Assembly: GCA_963719505.1 (NCBI GenBank)
Contig: CAVRCF010000005.1
Coordinates: 1,152,001 to 1,216,000 of the forward strand
Length of the DNA stretch: 64,000 nucleotides
DNA from: Halobacteriovoraceae bacterium
GTDB lineage: Bacteria; Bdellovibrionota; Bacteriovoracia; Bacteriovoracales; Bacteriovoracaceae
Reading direction: 5' to 3'
The translations under genes and the position numbers were made by a program. How positions within the stretch are numbered: the first letter of the stretch is position 1; each line of letters starts with the position of its first letter. The notes below the pieces were generated by a model that was not told the origin of the DNA, made no database searches, and was given only the letters and a program-made list of their open reading frames with translations. Positions 60,554 through 64,000 of this stretch are shown one piece after another.

Positions 60554-61324
60554 CTATTCTTTTATATACGAGTTAATAGCTGAAACTGCTTCCTCTCCAA
60601 GATCGTGAAACCTAAAAGAGAAGCCCTGACCGCCTTCGAGAAGTCGCACAATTTTTCCAGAAGCCACAAAACTGTGCTCACTTGTTTCCGGATGCACATT
60701 GATATCGATACTCTCCCCGACATTACCTGGAAACTGATCGATAAGCACCTGCATTCCGCCTACCGAGACATCTCTGCATATTCCTTCAAAAACCTTTTGA
60801 TTATTCTGGATAAACATTCTTGCTATAAATGGTTTTCTCTTAAAAGCTCTTTTATCTTCCTCATTTATTTCAGGAGGAAGTTCATCGAAGGTTTGCTCAA
60901 AGTCTTCAAATTCTGAAATAAGAGACCAATTGTTTTGACCGGTTGAAAAAATAAACGTTTTAGCGTTGATTCTATTTTCTTTGTAGAGTTTTAAAAGTGT
61001 TTCTAATGAAAAGGGTCCATACTCAATTTCTTCCGCGCCTCTATCAGCACCAATTTTTATATAGTAAAGTTTATCTGTACGGCTCTTTGATGAAAACTTT
61101 AACTCTGTTATAGGCGCAGGAATATCAAGCTTTGGTGGATTTGAAGGCGCTTGCTGACTCTTTTTAGAAAAATCTGACACCTCTGTGATCTTCATCCAGT
61201 TATCAAAGCCTTTTTGCCAAACGTAGTCCTCTTCTTTAATAATATTGTCATTATAAAGCTCTTGAACGGTTTCTTTTGTTACTGGTCCTTGTCTTTCACC
61301 ATTTAAAACATAATACCAACTCAT
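60554..61324 (-). CDS. Tandem GYF_2 (DUF4339) plus PilZ protein
   Basis: WYY..NGERQGP...VWQKGFDNW; second YGPFS...W repeat; PilZ RAFKR and DVSVGG. Confidence 0.85.
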   Translation of the reverse strand: MSWYYVLNGERQGPVTKETVQELYNDNIIKEEDYVWQKGFDNWMKITEVSDFSKKSQQAPSNPPKLDIPAPITELKFSSKSRTDKLYYIKIGADRGAEEIEYGPFSLETLLKLYKENRINAKTFIFSTGQNNWSLISEFEDFEQTFDELPPEINEEDKRAFKRKPFIARMFIQNNQKVFEGICRDVSVGGMQVLIDQFPGNVGESIDINVHPETSEHSFVASGKIVRLLEGGQGFSFRFHDLGEEAVSAINSYIKE

Positions 61325-61422
61325 AAATCTAAACCCTTATTTAAACAATTTTTCTTAACCTTATTTTACAATGCTTTTAATAACTTAGAGCCTTTATGGC
61401 AGTATTTTCCCTAATAAACCAT

Positions 61423-61450
61423 TAAAGTTTTGGATTTATAAAACCGACTA
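61423..61450 (+). promoter_or_regulatory. sigma-28-like promoter of MIDAS lipoprotein
   Basis: TAAAGTTT...ACCGACTA (TAAA-N16). Confidence 0.45.
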
Positions 61451-61484
61451 GTCTTATGGAGTTATTCTTATTTAAGGATTTTTT

Positions 61485-62900
61485 ATGAAAAGAGTATTTA
61501 TATTTCTTCTGATCACCCTTCTTTCTGTATCATGCGGAGAGGAGATTTTGACTCAGGGAACATTGAGTGAAGACTTTACAGCAAGTGATCTTCAAGGGTT
61601 TGAGCTGAACACCTGCTCTCAAATGACCTTTGAAAAACCTCCTGTGGATATCCTTTTCGTTATCGATAACTCGGGAAGTTCCCTGCTTCCAAGTTTTAAT
61701 AATATTAAACAACAAATAAGAAATACCGTTAATACCATATCAAATGAGTTTGATTTTCATATTTATGTTGCTCCTTTGATTCCACTTCAGGGAGAATCCC
61801 TGACTCAATATCAAACTGTCGTAAGTGATCCTTCAACGCTACCAAATCAATCCTCTGTTAATATTGTCAGCATTGAAAATCTATCGCTTTTTGCAACTGC
61901 GACAGGAAATAATGATGAGCATGGGATAAGCAGAGCTTTAGATCTTATCAACGGAAACAGAACAAACGGTATTTTTAGACAGAAAGCAAATACAATTATT
62001 GTCACCATCTCTAATGGTGATGACACTGAGGCGATTACGACAGTTCAAGGTAACTCATACTTTGATCCCAATAAATTTAATCAATTAAAAAACTCTGTTA
62101 AAAGTTTAAGTGCTAAGTTTAACCCTTCAAATAGTGGACTCCAAGCTGAGTCTCTGAGATATATCACTCTTGTTTCTCACACCAACTGCAATGGATGGAA
62201 GCCAGGGGTTATTTACAAAAAGATGAGTAATGAGATTTATTCTGAAATGGGAAATACTGATGATCCATCTCAAAGAGACAGTAAAGACCTCTGCTCAGGA
62301 AACTACGCAAACCTTTTTGCATCAATCAATAATAGTATTAAAGCTGTTGTCGTTGGTCACAAGTATGACCACTGGAAAATTAGTAATGCTGGTCCAACAG
62401 CGATTCAAGATGATGATATAACAGTGACGAGAGTTAGCCCAAGCGGAGCAACTCAAAACATACAAGCCGGTACAACCAATGGATTTGAATACTTAGGTTA
62501 CAGATCTGGACAAAATACACGTTTCGAACCAACAATTGGTGAGCCTAAAACTGGTCTTATGATCAAGCTCAATGGTTCAGCGCAAGTTAGCTACCCAGAC
62601 TGTATTATCGCAAAGACGAGAACTCCAACAGAATACTTTGGATACCTAGCTCTTCCAAGAGAGCCACAAGCGGGATCAATTAAAGTTATAATCAGAGGAC
62701 AAGAGTATTCACAAAACTCGACAAATGGTTGGGGCTATATAGGATACTTAGAAACTAAGAATATAAAGGTTCCTGGACCAACTGGAGCGAGTACAAATCC
62801 TCCACTTAATAAAACAGGATACTTCGTTCAGCTTTTCGGTGATGCTATTTTCACTAACGGTGATTCGATAGAAGTTTATTATAAGCCAGCTTCTTTATAG
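61485..62900 (+). CDS. vWA/MIDAS-domain lipoprotein, putative adhesin
   Basis: Lipobox SVSC; VDILFVIDNSGS (DxSxS), ISNGDD; two similar C-terminal beta repeats (TNGFEY/TNGWGY). Confidence 0.8.
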   Translation: MKRVFIFLLITLLSVSCGEEILTQGTLSEDFTASDLQGFELNTCSQMTFEKPPVDILFVIDNSGSSLLPSFNNIKQQIRNTVNTISNEFDFHIYVAPLIPLQGESLTQYQTVVSDPSTLPNQSSVNIVSIENLSLFATATGNNDEHGISRALDLINGNRTNGIFRQKANTIIVTISNGDDTEAITTVQGNSYFDPNKFNQLKNSVKSLSAKFNPSNSGLQAESLRYITLVSHTNCNGWKPGVIYKKMSNEIYSEMGNTDDPSQRDSKDLCSGNYANLFASINNSIKAVVVGHKYDHWKISNAGPTAIQDDDITVTRVSPSGATQNIQAGTTNGFEYLGYRSGQNTRFEPTIGEPKTGLMIKLNGSAQVSYPDCIIAKTRTPTEYFGYLALPREPQAGSIKVIIRGQEYSQNSTNGWGYIGYLETKNIKVPGPTGASTNPPLNKTGYFVQLFGDAIFTNGDSIEVYYKPASL

Positions 62901-63941
62901 TTAGTTACTTTTAGATTCGTTTAGCTTTTGAATAAGGTGAACGAATTTAATATGAGGCAGTTGTCTTTTTAATTTTAAATAGAAGACTTCAATAAACATT
63001 CCACCACCATCGAGAATAACGTCTCCAACAAGGCTATGTTCTCTAGCATCGTCCAAAGATTCAAGTGTGACACCTGCTTTTTCTGTTTTCCAGCCTTCTA
63101 TCAAATGCTTAATAGGCACGAGAATCTTTTCTTCTTTATCGAATTCCATTTTAAGAGTTTCTTTCCAGATGGCTTTTAGAAAAGTGACTCCCGCTGGAAG
63201 TATCTTCAACTTCTCCTCTTCAACAATATGTTTTTCGGTGTTGTAAAAAACAAAAAGTGATTTTATGGCTTCGATATTTTTTAATATATAAATCTTTGGT
63301 AGTCCGTCTTTATCATCTAGAATTTCCATCAAGCCCATATCAACAAGAACAAAGACTAGCTCATCGAGTTTAACTTCCATTATAGAATAGATATCTCGCA
63401 TATAAAGATCTATTGTCTTTCTATGAATTGCTAAGCCAAGATTATGCTTTTCTCCGTGGGCCTTATACATGAGAAAGAAAGTTCCAAGAATTTTCATGAT
63501 ATCGTTTGCTTTGAGAAACTCATAGCCTGCGACTTTCCCAGATCCATAATTTAAACTCGCTGAATTACTCTCTAGCTCTTTTACTCGAGCGTTGGTGACC
63601 TTCAGCCTTTTTACAAGTGTATTGATAATTGTCTTAAACCAAGGGTTTAAACCAGACATTGTTTTAGCAAAAGCAGAAAAAGAAATTTCGATAACTTCAC
63701 TTGTGATCATGGCACTCGCGGCGCAACTTCTTCGACTGGATCCATTGTCATCAAAGTAGGCCATCTCTCCGATAACCTCTCCCGTTCTTAAAACGGCAAT
63801 TTCAACAAATCCCTTTCCCTTGGGTTTATAAAGTCTGAGCTGACCGCTTTGAATAATATACAAGGAGCTGGCGTGTTCTCCATCTTCAAAGAGAACTTCG
63901 TTAGGTTTTAAAACTCTTATTCCAGACTTTCCAGCGCTCAT
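62901..63941 (-). CDS. Cyclic-nucleotide-binding domain protein
   Basis: LFEDGE...LYIIQSG.L, GEVIGEMA...RSCAA; C-terminal region unassigned. Confidence 0.85.
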   Translation of the reverse strand: MSAGKSGIRVLKPNEVLFEDGEHASSLYIIQSGQLRLYKPKGKGFVEIAVLRTGEVIGEMAYFDDNGSSRRSCAASAMITSEVIEISFSAFAKTMSGLNPWFKTIINTLVKRLKVTNARVKELESNSASLNYGSGKVAGYEFLKANDIMKILGTFFLMYKAHGEKHNLGLAIHRKTIDLYMRDIYSIMEVKLDELVFVLVDMGLMEILDDKDGLPKIYILKNIEAIKSLFVFYNTEKHIVEEEKLKILPAGVTFLKAIWKETLKMEFDKEEKILVPIKHLIEGWKTEKAGVTLESLDDAREHSLVGDVILDGGGMFIEVFYLKLKRQLPHIKFVHLIQKLNESKSN

Positions 63942-63950
63942 AAAATTGGC

Positions 63951-64000
63951 CTATAGCCTTTCTATAATCATACTTAAAGCTTCACCACCACCAATACAGA
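63951..64000 (-). CDS. 3' end of an acetyl-CoA acetyltransferase (thiolase), partial
   Basis: Minus strand reads CIGGGEALSMIIERL-stop, the thiolase C-terminal signature; missed by the ORF track. Confidence 0.85.
   Translation of the reverse strand, partial: CIGGGEALSMIIERL

Overview
AT-rich bacterial chromosomal window, densely coding, with no rRNA, tRNA, CRISPR array or recognisable mobile element. Gene content (FHA-GGDEF DgcB-like cyclase, GYF_2-PilZ protein, vWA/MIDAS lipoprotein, Hanks kinase, rpsF/rpsR-DUF2232-rplI-dnaB order) suggests a predatory Bdellovibrionota, probably Bacteriovoracia; this is inference. Housekeeping blocks: rpsF/rpsR-rplI-dnaB-pabB, rng, mscL, nucleoside uptake and salvage (nupC, pdp, punA), ftsEX-envC-ctpA-xseA, tolQRAB, sppA-lapB, rlmN, beta-oxidation (ivd, fadBA, acyl-CoA dehydrogenase), pgi, mutL-miaA-ppsR. 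Best candidates for something new: (1) a translationally coupled operon of outer-membrane beta-barrel, beta-sandwich lipoprotein and multidomain lipoprotein nuclease (21833-26660) that looks like a TonB-independent nucleic-acid harvesting system; (2) a single-ORF S6-S18 ribosomal protein fusion; (3) several apparent pseudoenzymes (enhancer-binding protein without GAFTGA, histidine kinase without ATPase boxes, dead M48 peptidase, GH35-like protein without its acid/base Glu, MutL without the endonuclease motif); (4) a clustered Ser/Thr kinase, FHA-cyclase, PilZ and MIDAS-adhesin set with sigma-28-like promoters; (5) a frameshifted, sigma-54-driven secreted hydrolase. All family assignments are from motifs read by eye; no searches were run.
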